Source of the DNA: the human T2T-CHM13v2.0 reference genome, Homo sapiens
Reading direction: 5' to 3' (one strand)
Length of the DNA: 64,000 bases
Assembly: GCF_009914755.1 (NCBI RefSeq)
Contig: NC_060947.1
Shown: one piece after another, positions 1 to 18,104 of the stretch
How the letters are laid out: every line of letters begins with the position of its first letter
Position numbering within the stretch: the first letter of the stretch is position 1
The notes under the pieces: generated by a model
Told to the model about the DNA's origin: nothing
Seen by the model: only the letters and a program-made list of their open reading frames with translations
Databases searched by the model: none
Translations under genes and position numbers: made by a program

Positions 1-50
1 AATCTATTTAAGTCTGTAAGAGATTACAAGTCACCAAGAAAGCCTGCGAT

Positions 51-215
51 GGTGAGAAAATGTGTGAAGAGCATTGAAGAGCCTTTAGCCAAGCTTCAGA
101 TCTTATTAACATCAAAATTCATTAGCAGTGATGAACTCTATGAATGTAGTAATCATGGATGGTCGTTCAAGCAGAGTTTGGATGTTATTCATTATTGTTA
201 AATACATACTGAAGC
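51..215 (+). pseudogene. Decayed C2H2 zinc-finger array fragment (two degenerate fingers)
   Basis: Reads GEKMCEEH*RAFSQASDLI-HQ-IH..SDELYECSNHGWSFKQSLDVIHYC*IHTE, which follows the YxCxxCG+xFxxxSxLxxHxxIHT spacing with stops and frameshifts. Confidence 0.55.
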
Positions 216-699
216 CATAGGAACGCATTTGATATAATCCTAAGATGTCACTTTGCCTGCTCTTATGATGCAAATTGGCACCAGAAATCCAGCCAACTTT
301 ATTAAAATTGTGGAAATCTGACTGGACTCAGATCCATTAATCCTTGAAAGCAGGTAATACATGTATTTTTGCCATCATTATTTCTCCAGCACTTATCACA
401 ATGTGTAGCACTTTACTAGGTATACTTTTAAAATGTTTTAAAATTCTTATACATTTATAAATAAAGAAGATAAAATCAAGTTGACTCAAGTCTAGAAAAC
501 ATGGATGAGGGATTTAAGAATTCTAAAGTGTTTATTCTGAGGCACCATATTGCTTTATGTTTGGAGGCTCAGTGTATATTATCAATGTAGAGGCTTCAAG
601 AGGGACCCATTATTTCATATGGTTATTCTATCCTTTACTTAGGGGTGTTATAATCTCATGCTATGATTTTGTTTTTATTATATTTTGCTTTAAAGTACT

Positions 700-1500
700 A
701 TGTCTGATATTAATACATCATCTTTTTATTATTTGCATGTAATAACTTATTCCATCCATTTATTTTCATCTTTGCTGTATCTTTATGTTTAAGATATTTC
801 TCTTGTTAATTGCATGTAGCTGCCTTTATAATGGAAAGATACATAAATTTCCTTTAATTACAGCATCCTCAAATATTCTGTAATTGGAGATTTGATTTCC
901 TCTTTGAAGGAAAGCTTCATTTATTCCTTCTCCAGTGCTCTCCCTTTCTTTATGTACTTCCAAGTTTCTGCCCTATATCATTTTCTTTCTGCCCGAAGAA
1001 AATCTTCTAATATTTCTTGCAGGGCAGGTCTGTTGGTGATCAATTCATTCTGTTTTTGTTCATCTGAGAATGTCTTTATTTCTCCTTTACTTTTTTTTTC
1101 TTCTCCTTTACTTTTGAAAGATCTTTTCCTATATGTAGAAATCTAGGGTGGTAGTCATTTTTCTTTTAACACTTTAAATATTTCACTTTACTCTTGTTGC
1201 TTGCATGGTTTCTGATGAAAGCTGCTAGAATTATTATTCTTATTCTATTATAAGTAAGATATTTGGTGTTCTCTGAGCTTCCTGGATCTGTAATTTGGTG
1301 TCTGTCATTAATTTTGGAAAATTCTTAGCCATTATTACTTGATATTTCTTCTGCTGTATTCTCTTTCTCTTCTCCATCTGATGTTCCAGTTATGCATATG
1401 TGACTCCAGATTTGCCTATCCATCAAGATTTTAGGGTGATGATTTGCCCTGAAATTTCATTTCTCTGACAGGTCCAAAAAAGTGATTGATTTTTAGTTTG
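700..1500 (-). mobile_element. Old L1 (L1M) fragments, antisense
   Basis: T-rich L1M-like text (tcttgcagggcaggtctgttggtgatcaattc; ttttggaaaattcttagccattatt). Confidence 0.55.
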
Positions 1501-2653
1501 TCCAGGTTTTTTTTCTGGTTGTTGGTGCCTCCAGCCTCACATTGATTCTGTGGTGGAAGAAAAGCATGGGGAAGCAAAGAGTCAGTAGATATTGTGGGTT
1601 CCTTAAAAAGGAGGAACCATAAGCCCCATATTTTAGGGATGGGAAGAAATGCCAGGTAGGTTTGCAAGATCCTTAAGCAATGTGTTCTTTTGTCTCACCT
1701 TCTGGCTAAGGCCAGAGAGGACAAGACTACAAAATAGAATTGTCTGCGTGGTGTCTATAATTATTTGGAGCCTCTTCATGTGGTTTCCCTCAGCTCAGGG
1801 TATTTACAGGAGTATATGTGAGACAAAGACAGCCTCACGGAGGTTAATAGACCTCAGCATATCATAGGAACAGTAGAATGTTTTCCATGTATATGAGTGA
1901 TATATGATACCCAAAGAGATAGTTGGACCCAAAGCAGCTTTACAGTAAAGAAGGAAGCTCACTCAACAGCTACCTGCTTGGACAGACATTGATGAACAAA
2001 TATGACATGTATGCCAGCATGGATACATGATACCCAACATATGTTACCCATCCTGATGTTTTGACACTATTTAACATCCCTAGAACTTAAATACAACCCC
2101 AAAGCAGAGAGTGAGAGGGGGACTCCATACTGCTGGAGATTAAGTTTCCACCACTCAGTAGAATGGGAACTTGACATATAATTTATGTTGAGTTGCAGAG
2201 AAAATAACTTACATTTCCTGCATACCGGAGTTTGTCAGATAATACCCATACCTGCAGAATAATCATTAACAGAAAGTGGGTGATAAACACTGAGTATCTC
2301 AAACAAATTTATCTACTCAAAACATGGGGTATGTGGCTCTTATAGTAGAAAACCACGGTGGTCTTATCTCAAGGCCAGAGTGAGATGTGAGAAATGACCT
2401 CTGGCATTTTGGTGGGTACCAACATAAAGAGAACAGGGAATCTGAGGAGAGCAAAGGACAACTTCTCTGCAGAACGAAATCACTGTCATTGGTGAGGTGT
2501 GATTCTACTTCATTTCTTCATCTTCCTGTCCCTGTCCCTCTTACTTCAAATACTTCTCTTTTCTCCCTGGTTATTTCCTCTACTCCCTCCTTCCTCTTTT
2601 TTATCCCTCTCCTTGTTTATTTTTCATCCCTCCTTATCTATTCCTTAACCTCT

Positions 2654-3025
2654 TGTCTTAGTCAGTTCGGGCTGCTGTAACTGACTACCATAGACTGGGT
2701 GGCTTAAACAATAGAAATATACTTCTCACCATTCTGGAGGCTGGGAAGTCCAAGACAAAGGCACTGGCAGATCTGCTGTCTGTTGAGGGCCCTCTTTTTC
2801 CTGGTTTGCAGATAGCCATCTTCTCGTTGTGTCCTCACAAGGTGGAGAGCAGACCGAGGAAGCAAGCTTTCTCCCTTCTCTTCTTATAAGGTCATTAATC
2901 TCATTATGAGGGCTCTACCCATATGACCTTATTACCTCCCAAAGTCCCCATCTCCAATACAGTCACACTGAGGATTTAGGTTTCAACATCTGAATTTGGT
3001 GGGGCCACAAACATTTTGTCCATAC
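2654..3025. mobile_element. MaLR LTR (MLT1A-like)
   Basis: Begins tgtcttagtcagttcgggctgctgtaac..ccatagactgggtggcttaaacaa and ends ggtttcaacatctgaatttggtgggg..acattttgtccatac. Confidence 0.8.
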
Positions 3026-3101
3026 CACCCCTCTATCTACTCCTGCCTCCCTCTCATGCTCTTCCACCTTACATCCTCTTCTCTTTCCTCTTGCTTTTTC
3101 T

Positions 3102-3481
<380 letters not shown>

Positions 3482-3849
3482 TAATTCCATTTACTTCCAG
3501 CTGCTATTTTCATTCATCTTTTCTTATTCCTATTATATTCTTTCTTCTTTTCTTCTTCCCTCTCTTCCTCCTCAATTCCTTTCTTTCCTACTTGACCTTC
3601 TTTCTCATTTCTCCCACTCTTCATGCTCCCATCTAACAAGATAGTGGAAAAGAGAGAAAAAGGTAATAGAATGCAATAAAAATGTACTTAAAATGGTAAC
3701 AGGAATAGGTGATGGGTTTGACTGGGGAATAAGGCAGAGAGAGGCATTATGAATAACCCAAAGTAAAATAGGGAGAAAAAGAGGCTATTAAATATGATTT
3801 TTTAAAACTACTTATCAAAAAGCCATAATTATTCTGATAGGCAAAATGG

Positions 3850-6789
<2,940 letters not shown>

Positions 6790-6790
<1 letters not shown>

Positions 6791-8210
6791 GGGTTGCTGG
6801 ATCATATGACAGTTCTGTTTTTAGTTTTTTGAGGAACCTCTATACTGTTTCTAAAGTGGCTGTATTAATTTACATTCCAAAAAAAATGTATGAGTGTTCC
6901 TCTTTCTCCACATCCTTGCCAACATCCATTACTTTTTGTCTTTTTGGTAATAGCCATTATTAACTGGAGAGAAATTATATCTCTTTGTGGTTTTGATTTA
7001 TATTTCTCTAATGACTAGTGATGGTGAGCATTTTAAAAATATATTCCCTTGGTCATTTGTATGCCTTTTGAGAATTATCTATTCAGGTCATTTACCCATT
7101 TTTAAATTGGAGTATTTGCGGAGTGTGTATGTGTGTGTGTGTTTCTATTGAGTTATTGGAGTTCCTTATATATTCTGGTTATTAAATTCCTTGTCAGTTG
7201 AATAGTTTGCAAATATTTTCTCCCATCCTGTAGGTTTTCTCTTCACTTTGTTGATTGATTCCTTTGCTGTGCAGAAGCTTTTTAGCTTGATGTGATCCCA
7301 TTTGTTCATTTTTTCTTTGTTTGAGGTGCTTTTGAGGTCTTACTAAAAAAATCTTTGCCCAAACCAATCCCGGGGCACTTCCCTAATGTTTTCTTCCAGT
7401 ACTTTAATAGTTATAGGTCTTATATTTAAGTCTTTAACCCATTCTGACTTGATTTTTGTATATGGTGAGAGATAGGTCCAAAAGAAAGAAAAATCAATAT
7501 ATCAAAGAGATAACTGGATTCTTGTGTTTATTGTAGCACTATTCACAATGCTGAGATAGGGAATCAACCTAAGGGTCCATCAGTGGATGAATGGATAAAG
7601 AAAATATGGTATATATGCACAATGAAATATTATTCAGCCATAAAAATAAGGAGAGCCTGTCATTTGCAGCAACATGGATGGAACTGGAGGACATTATATT
7701 AAGTGAAATAAGCTAGACACAGAAAGACAAATATTACATATTCTCACTTATATGCAGGAGCTAAGGAAAATTTGATTTCATGGAAGTAGAGAGTAGAGTG
7801 ATGATTACCAGAGGCTGAGAAGGGTGGGGGGTGGGGAGCTTAAAGAGGGGTTGTTTAAGGGGTACAAAAATACAGTTAGATAGTAGGAATAAGACTTAGT
7901 AGTCAGTAGCACAATACAGCGACTATAGTTAACAATCATTTATTGTATGTTTCAAAATAACTAGGGGAGTGGATTTGGAACGTTCCCAATACAAAGAAAT
8001 GATAAATGTTTGAGGTGATGGATATCTCAGTTACCCTGATGAGATCATTATACAAGATCATACCCTGATGAGATCATTATACATCATATACATGTATCAA
8101 AGTATCACATGTAACCCATGAATATATACAACAAATATGTATCCATAAAAATTAAAAATTAAAGGTAAATCTAAGCATGCTTCTTAAAAAACAAAGCACA
8201 ACAAAAAGCA
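6790..8210 (+). mobile_element. L1MA-type element with 5' inversion (6790-7478 antisense, 7479-8165 sense 3' end)
   Basis: Orientation switch at ~7478 between adjacent ORF2/3' consensus positions; L1MA-like 3' UTR ends in aaaattaaaaattaaa. Confidence 0.8.
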
Positions 8211-8214
8211 AAAT

Positions 8215-10975
<2,761 letters not shown>

Positions 10976-11019
10976 CAGAATTAATAAAATATTACCTAAA
11001 AGCAGTAGGGCATCAGTTA

Positions 11020-11358
<339 letters not shown>

Positions 11359-11543
11359 TTAGCTGGTTGGATACCATTGCTGCCGCTACTGAACAGTGGA
11401 CACCGGATGTTAGCCCTGCCACTAATGCTGCCCCTAGAAACTGGATTTTCTTGTGGCTGCTGCTCCCACCACCACAACTATGGTGGTGAATTCCATCACT
11501 GCATATTTGAATCACTCCTTTGAAACAAAGTGTTAGGTCTAAG

Positions 11544-12165
11544 TTGTAACTGCAGTGAAAGGGTTGTACTCAGCAGGTCTGCAATGTTCAAACCCTATGC
11601 TTTCCAAAAAAAGGTCTTTTGCAAAGAATGCTTTGGCTCTTGACCAGCTCTTGGGAGATAATCTGTAAGCCCTTGGAAGTATCCTGCCTGATCAGAGTGT
11701 CTTTGTTTACTGTGGCCTTGGCCCACACTGGATAGTTTGTGCTAACAGTGTGATTTGTGGTGTGAGCCTTGGGCTGAGAGATACTAGTTTAACCTCTGCA
11801 TGGACTAGAGACTGAATAACTAAGGTCAACCACACAGGTGCTCCATGCCTATCTGACTGAACCCCAAAAACAACTCTGGGCACCAAGGCTTGGGTGAACT
11901 TCCCTGGTTGACAGTATTTCATACATGTTTTCACACATCATTGTTGGGGGAATTAAGCACTGGCCATACAACTCCATTGGGAGAGTACAACTGAAAAGTC
12001 GTGCCTGGTCTCTCCTGAATTTTTCCCTATGCACTTTTTACTTTTGCTGATTTTAATCTGTATCCTTTCACTGTAATAAACAATAGCCATAACACTTTTT
12101 CTGAGTTCTCCGAATCCTTCTAGCAAATCATTGAATCTGAGGATGGTCTTCAGGAGCTTGCCACA
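11544..12165. mobile_element. LTR element (MER21-like)
   Basis: tgtaac...ccaca termini; gagactgaataactaaggtcaacc, ctgtaataaacaatagcc and ctagcaaatcattgaatctgagg motifs. Confidence 0.65.
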
Positions 12166-13234
12166 CTGGTAAATCCTAGATCACATTCTCTTAGCTGCCA
12201 AGGGCATGTGAAGAAGTGAATATCTGGCCTTTGTGGCTTTTGCACTTGGAACTGTTAAGTAAGAATATATATGACCTTACTAAAATGTTAAAAATCGAAA
12301 TACATCTGGCCCCAAGGGTTTTCAGTAAGGATCTATAACGCTATATAAAGAACTCCTAAAAGTCAGTAAGACAGACAACCCAAATGAAAAACAGGTAAAA
12401 TATACAAGCATATTACAAAATAAATCTAATATGTTCATTAATGTATAAAAATGTGTTCTACCACATTGCTTATCAGAAATATAAATTAAAACCATAAGGA
12501 GATACCAATAAATACACATAAGATTGGCAAAAAAAAAAAAAAAAAAGGAAAAGTCTTGTAGAGCATGTCAGTCTTACTCCTGGGCTTCTGGTGTCACGGA
12601 AATAAAGACAAACATTAATTATTAAAGTATAAGAATACATGTACAAGTATTTTTATTGCAATGTTGTTGTATTGCCACGCTCCCCACAAAAATCCTGAAA
12701 CTAAAATGGATTCCATCCATGGGGGAATGGTTAAATACATTGTGGTACATTCTTACCATGGAATATTATGCAGTCATTTAAAAGAACGAATCACAGGTAG
12801 ACTGTTGTCAAATAAGATAATTCAGACACATAAAAGTTCATGTAATCTTAAATTTGTAAAAATAAAAAACAACTTTTGAGTATGGAAGGATATCAAATGG
12901 TGTTAAAAACAAGTGTTTGGCAGGTGAAGGTAGAATTGAAAGGAAGTGGGAAGCAGTAAGGAAAAGAATGCAATTTAAGGTCTGGCATATATAACACATC
13001 ATTTATGTAACAACATATATGTGTGTAAAGTATGAAAAGGTAGCACCAAATCTAAGCAATTGTCCAAGGTGATGAGATTTAGTGATGTTTATTTAATTTC
13101 TAAAATATTTAGGCAGTGTTTGAATGTATAGTGATGAGTGTGCATTATTTGTATAATGAGGAAAAATAAGTGAATTGATCACAGGAAAAATTGCCTCTCA
13201 GGTTTCTTGCTTTAGCAATGGGATGGAGAGTGCG

Positions 13235-13570
13235 ATTCATTCATTTAACAAATATTTATTGAGGATATAAAAATGTGCCAGGCATGGTTCTAGGTGCTGG
13301 GGAAACAACAATGAATAAAACAAAAATCTGTCTCCCTAAGAGGTTTACACTCTAAATGGGGGAGAAAGGCATAACTAGAGGAGAAACACTGTGTTGGTGG
13401 GAAGGAGGAGGCGTATGAAGGAATCGGTTTGGGACCTGTTAATTTAGAGAATACTGAGAGATATCCATTTGGAGAAGTGAGGTAGGTAGTTACTATGGAT
13501 CTAGAATTCATAGGCCAAGTCATGACCGAAGATACAGATATGGAAACAGATAGCATAGAAAATGGTGTTT
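13235..13570. mobile_element. L2 fragments
   Basis: attcattcatttaacaaatatttattgagg...tgtgccaggcatggttctaggtgctgggg. Confidence 0.75.
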
Positions 13571-14710
13571 CTGACCTCCTTTCCTGAGTCTGATCACGTC
13601 TCACTGCAGACACTTTACAGAGGAAGTGCTGAGGAAAAACAGGCAGCTGACAGAGGAGGTTGCTATGCAACAGATGAGGAAAGTCATCCAGCCAGGCAGA
13701 ACTGATGTTGGCCCTTGGGGACCAAATGCTGCAGTCCTTCCTAGCATTAGCTTCCTTTCATGTTCAGGCTTCTGGCATGAGTTGATGCCAGAACAAATGT
13801 GAACTGCACAAAGATCTGTCTTGAATTTTGGAAGTGTACCAGTTTAATTTGAGTCACCTCACATCTGTATTTAATTTTCTGCCTTTTTGAGTTTCTCCAG
13901 TTATCCTGGAAGCATAGCAGCGTGTGTGTCCTTGGGTAGGACCCACTTGCTGTGCATTCCACTTTGCACATTGAGAAACCAGGCCCAGAGAATTGAGTGA
14001 CCCGTGCGGGCTCACACAGCTCGAGACAGACAGGCTGGGCACTCCATTCCTGGAATTCTGAAGCCCAGCCCAGTTTCTCTCCATAAAACCACAGCTGCCC
14101 CAGGCCCCAGCCCTGAAAGGAACCAGGGCTTGCCATGGCTCAGACACACAGGTCTGATTGTCCTGGCTGCTCCAGTGGGCACCAGGAAGGCCTCAGGGAC
14201 AGTGTGATTGTATCCCTGATAAGGAAGAGGCCTGATGTTCTGAGCACAGAGTGGACCCCAAGGAGCAATTCCCACGCCTGGATGGACCCACACAGGGCAG
14301 GGGGAGGGTGGGGGCCTCTGCTTGTGTCCTCCTGAATGCAGAGCATGAGCTTGGGCCTCCTAGAACACAAACTTTGCTTGTTTGGTACAAATGGGGTGCC
14401 GTGGTCTGTTGCTCAAATGGAGGAGGGAGGGGTACCCTTAGTCCCCAGGCCAGCATGAGCAGAATGTGGGCTTTGGAGTCAGGAAGACCCAGACCCAAAT
14501 TTTGCATTTTGTTTCCTGGCTCTGTGGCCTTGTCTAGTTCATGCAATGTATCTGTGCCTCAGCTTCCTGATCTGCAAAATAGGGGTGCTGACATCCACTT
14601 CCCAGGGCTGCTGTGACAGGAAGACAAGCCCCAGCACAAATCCTGCTGTGATGTACAAGCTGTGCCCTTCCCTCCTTTCCTCCCCCAACACACACAAAAT
14701 GAGTCCATCA
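13430..14710 (+). repeat. Copy 1 of a ~1.3-kb segment duplicated at 53208-54274 plus 57467-57720
   Basis: Direct alignment by eye; identical ORF translations in both copies (e.g. SNSHAWMDPHRAGGGWGPLLVSS). Confidence 0.92.
14450..14620. mobile_element. MIR
   Basis: ggctttggagtcagg...tctgtgcctcagcttcctgatctgcaaaatagggg. Confidence 0.7.
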
Positions 14711-14939
14711 CCGGAGCTGCAGAAAGAAAGGGAAGAAACTAACGTTCTTTCTGCGTCTGGGAGCTTGTGGGGGCGGGCAGGGGGTGAGGGAGAAATCATG
14801 GAGTCACGTGGCAGCCACAGACTTACTACTACTACTTTGTTAGCTCCAATAGTGTATCCTCTCAGGCCATTCCGTTTCCTCAGCAGAGGTCTAACACTTG
14901 TTGCAATTAGAGACCCCAAACAGAGACCTAAGCATGCTG

Positions 14940-15320
14940 GACAAGGGGGTGGAGATGCAAGCCGGCCTGACAGGAGGGGCCTTGAATAGGGGAGGGACGG
15001 AATAGAGACGCATTGCGGAAAAGGTAGGGGGCCGGTGTGTGGGGCAAGGGGTGGGACCAAGAGGCACAGCGCATCTGTGGGGGAGGGGGCGTAGAGGAAG
15101 GGGAGGTGCTGTTGTATAGTGTCGACCTGGTTGGTGGTGGGGTGGTGTGTTGGCAAAGGGGGCGGGACCGCCTTCCAGCGCACATGCGCATCATGGTCTC
15201 CAGGACGAAGCTTTTGTTGGGAAAGCAGGCGGGACTGACTTTGGCTCTTCAGTGTTTGCGCATGCGCGTAACGTCCTGAGGCGGTGGGTGGTATATTAGG
15301 CGAAGAGGCGGGGTCGCCCA
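14940..15320 (+). promoter_or_regulatory. MAGED1 CpG-rich proximal promoter
   Basis: GC box ggggcggga ~15159-15167; NRF1 palindrome tgcgcatgcgcg 15257-15268 and gcgcacatgcgca 15178-15190; TATA-like tatatta 15292-15298; G-run clusters. Confidence 0.8.
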
Positions 15321-15452
15321 AGCTGCCGCGCTGGCATTTTCTCCTGGACAAGGAGAGAGTGCGGCTGCTGAGAGCCGAGCCCAGCAATCCCGATCCTCTG
15401 AGTCGTGAAGAAGGGAGGCAGCGAGGGGGTTGGGGTTGGGGCCTGAGGCAAG
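15320..15452 (+). other. MAGED1: MAGED1 non-coding exon 1 (start approximate)
   Basis: Downstream of the promoter; strong donor AG|GTGAGA at 15452/15453. Confidence 0.75.
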
Positions 15453-16001
15453 GTGAGAATTAGCCCCCAGACTGGGCATCTGCCCCCTGGTGCGGGCCCC
15501 CATTTTTTTTTATCCCGATCCCTTCACCCTGGATTCTGAATCCCCTTCCACCCCCCAAACCCCAATTCAATGCCCCTCCCGATCCTTCCTGATTCAAAAC
15601 CCCTGTCCGATCCCTCCCATCGTTCGAAATCCTCAGATTCCTTGACCTCGATCTGTACTGTTAGATGATTCCTCCTGACTCAAAACCTCCATGCAACTTC
15701 CCAAATGCGAATCCCAACCCAACCGCACCCCCGCTCCGAATTCAGAACTCATCTGCTTCCCGATCCCCATTTGAAGCTTCGCCCTGTCAGTAGCTTCTCG
15801 GGGTTCAGAACCTCCATCTGGACGCCCATTCACTTTTACCGCTCCGATCCGTTCCTCCTCACATTCACCTTATCCGCCCGCACAGTCAGACCACAGTCAC
15901 CCCCCTCCCAATTAGGTCCTTCGTATTTGCCCTCTGTAGTATAACGCCCTGCCCCTCTCCCACAGCCCCCAGGCTCCGCTCTTGCCAGAGGGACAGGAGC
16001 C

Positions 16002-16046
16002 ATGGCTCAGAAAATGGACTGTGGTGCGGGCCTCCTCGGCTTCCAG
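16002..16046 (+). CDS. MAGED1: MAGED1 exon 2 coding part (MAQKMDCGAGLLGFQ); exon starts at 15966
   Basis: Kozak gccATGG; donor CAG|GTGAGA; recognised MAGED1 N-terminus. Confidence 0.95.
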
Positions 16047-16322
16047 GTGAGATCTCCACTCCCCACCCCACCATTTCCCCAGCCGACAGTCACCCCTCCC
16101 CGCGGGCCTCTTTGGTCTCCCAAACGCCGGGATCCGGTTTGACCCTATTTAGTGACTAGACTCCGTGGGCTTTTCGAATTCCCATCGTTTATCGAAGGGG
16201 GGGAGGGGCGTCTCTTTTCAGCCATCAGTCCCTGCTCAGAGAGAGGGGAGACCCTGTTAGTAGTCAGGGCAATCTGCCCAGAGAATGCGGGGTGGGTAAG
16301 GAACCATTTTTTTTTTTTCCAG

Positions 16323-16490
16323 AATCCTGACGCTTGTAGAGCAGTCTGTCACCCCCTCCCCCAGCCTCCTGCCTCCACCCTCCCTCTTTCTGCATTCCCC
16401 ACTCTGTGCGACCCCCCTTATTCTCAACTCCGCGATCCGCCTGCCGTCCTGAGCTGCTACTGCACGCCTCTTGGAGCGTCCCCGGCTCCT
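16323..16490 (+). CDS. MAGED1: MAGED1 alternative cassette exon, 56 aa (NPDACRAV...GASPAP; long 834-aa isoform)
   Basis: T12-ccAG acceptor, weak GTTCGT donor, 168 nt, phase 0-0, in frame. Confidence 0.75.
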
Positions 16491-16748
16491 GTTCGTGCCC
16501 ACTTTCCGCATACCGCCCCACCCCTCATTTTGCCCTTGCCCTACTTCACCCCTGCCACATGTTTAGTACCCGCCTGGTCCCCCATCGCCCCTCGCGGGCC
16601 CCCTAGATCTCTGCCTCAGCCCCCCTGTTTTTGCACCCACCGCCCGCCTGCAGCTCCGCTGCTGCGCTGCCACCCGGGCTCCCTATTCCCACCCCACCTC
16701 CTGCCTCAGAGGCCCAGAGATTTAATTTTTTCCCCCCTGTGTTTGCAG

Positions 16749-17456
16749 GCTGAGGCCTCCGTAGAAGACAGCGCCTTGCTTATGCAGACCTTGATGGAGG
16801 CCATCCAGATCTCAGAGGCTCCACCTACTAACCAGGCCACCGCAGCTGCTAGTCCCCAGAGTTCACAGCCCCCAACTGCCAATGAGATGGCTGACATTCA
16901 GGTTTCAGCAGCTGCCGCTAGGCCTAAGTCAGCCTTTAAAGTCCAGAATGCCACCACAAAAGGCCCAAATGGTGTCTATGATTTCTCTCAGGCTCATAAT
17001 GCCAAGGATGTGCCCAACACGCAGCCCAAGGCAGCCTTTAAGTCCCAAAATGCTACCCCAAAGGGTCCAAATGCTGCCTATGATTTTTCCCAGGCAGCAA
17101 CCACTGGTGAGTTAGCTGCTAACAAGTCTGAGATGGCCTTCAAGGCCCAGAATGCCACTACTAAAGTGGGCCCAAATGCCACCTACAATTTCTCTCAGTC
17201 TCTCAATGCCAATGACCTGGCCAACAGCAGGCCTAAGACCCCTTTCAAGGCTTGGAATGATACCACTAAGGCCCCAACAGCTGATACCCAGACCCAGAAT
17301 GTAAATCAGGCCAAAATGGCCACTTCCCAGGCTGACATAGAGACCGACCCAGGTATCTCTGAACCTGACGGTGCAACTGCACAGACATCAGCAGATGGTT
17401 CCCAGGCTCAGAATCTGGAGTCCCGGACAATAATTCGGGGCAAGAGGACCCGCAAG
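16749..17456 (+). CDS. MAGED1: MAGED1 exon 3 (AEASVEDS...KRTRK)
   Basis: tttgcAG acceptor, AAG|GTGAGA donor, 708 nt. Confidence 0.95.
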
Positions 17457-17689
17457 GTGAGATCTCTGCTAACTTCATTTTGCTTTGGGGCTGTCTCCTT
17501 TCTTCTCTGAGGGTGTTCATTTGTTCTAAACAAAACAATGTATGTAACTGTATTCAGCTAGGCTATAGGGCATTTGAAGAGAATGTTTATTCCTGTCCTC
17601 CGGATGTTCACAAACTGATGGGGAGATAATACATGGACACAAATAATATATACAACCTGTATGTAATTCAGTTTACATTTTGTTATGTT

Positions 17690-17870
17690 AGTAACCACCA
17701 TGTGTTAAGCCTTGAGCTAGGCACATTCACACAGGTTGTCTCATTAAACCTTAAAGGCACCTCCTACCAGGTAGGGATCATAGTGCCAATTTTACAAAGA
17801 AGGAAATTAAGTGCCAGAGAGGTGAAGTGACTTGAGTGATTTGTTCAGGGTGGTACAGGCAGAACCAGTG
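17690..17870. mobile_element. MIR in intron 3
   Basis: attttacaaagaaggaaattaagtgccagagaggtgaagtgacttg. Confidence 0.7.
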
Positions 17871-18104
17871 GTGGACATAGGAAGAGGAGAAGCCTCAGGC
17901 CCCATCTTTGGGTTGCTCCTGGCCTGGCTCGGAGATGAAACTCCTGCCTGGAAGACAGTGAAAGACAAACCCAGGACTCAGGGTGACCAATGGCTAGTGG
18001 GTCAGGCTGTCACTACAGGTGAGGGTTTAGAGGGCATTCCTGGAATAGATAAGGTGAGGACACAGAACCCACTGGTGATTCTGAACTTCTCTCTGATGAT
18101 GCAG

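Noticed and set aside
14135-14335. gccATGGCTCAG start (MAQT..) resembling the MAGED1 start (MAQK..)
   Set aside because: Similarity is limited to ~12 nt of a palindromic Kozak word; no downstream homology or splice donor.
14539-15387. 282-aa minus-strand ORF across the promoter
   Set aside because: GC-rich promoter sequence has few stops; non-ATG start; low-complexity product with no recognisable domain.
17832-18104. Open frame upstream of exon 4
   Set aside because: Intron sequence starting in a MIR with a non-ATG start; the canonical acceptor at 18104 explains the gene.
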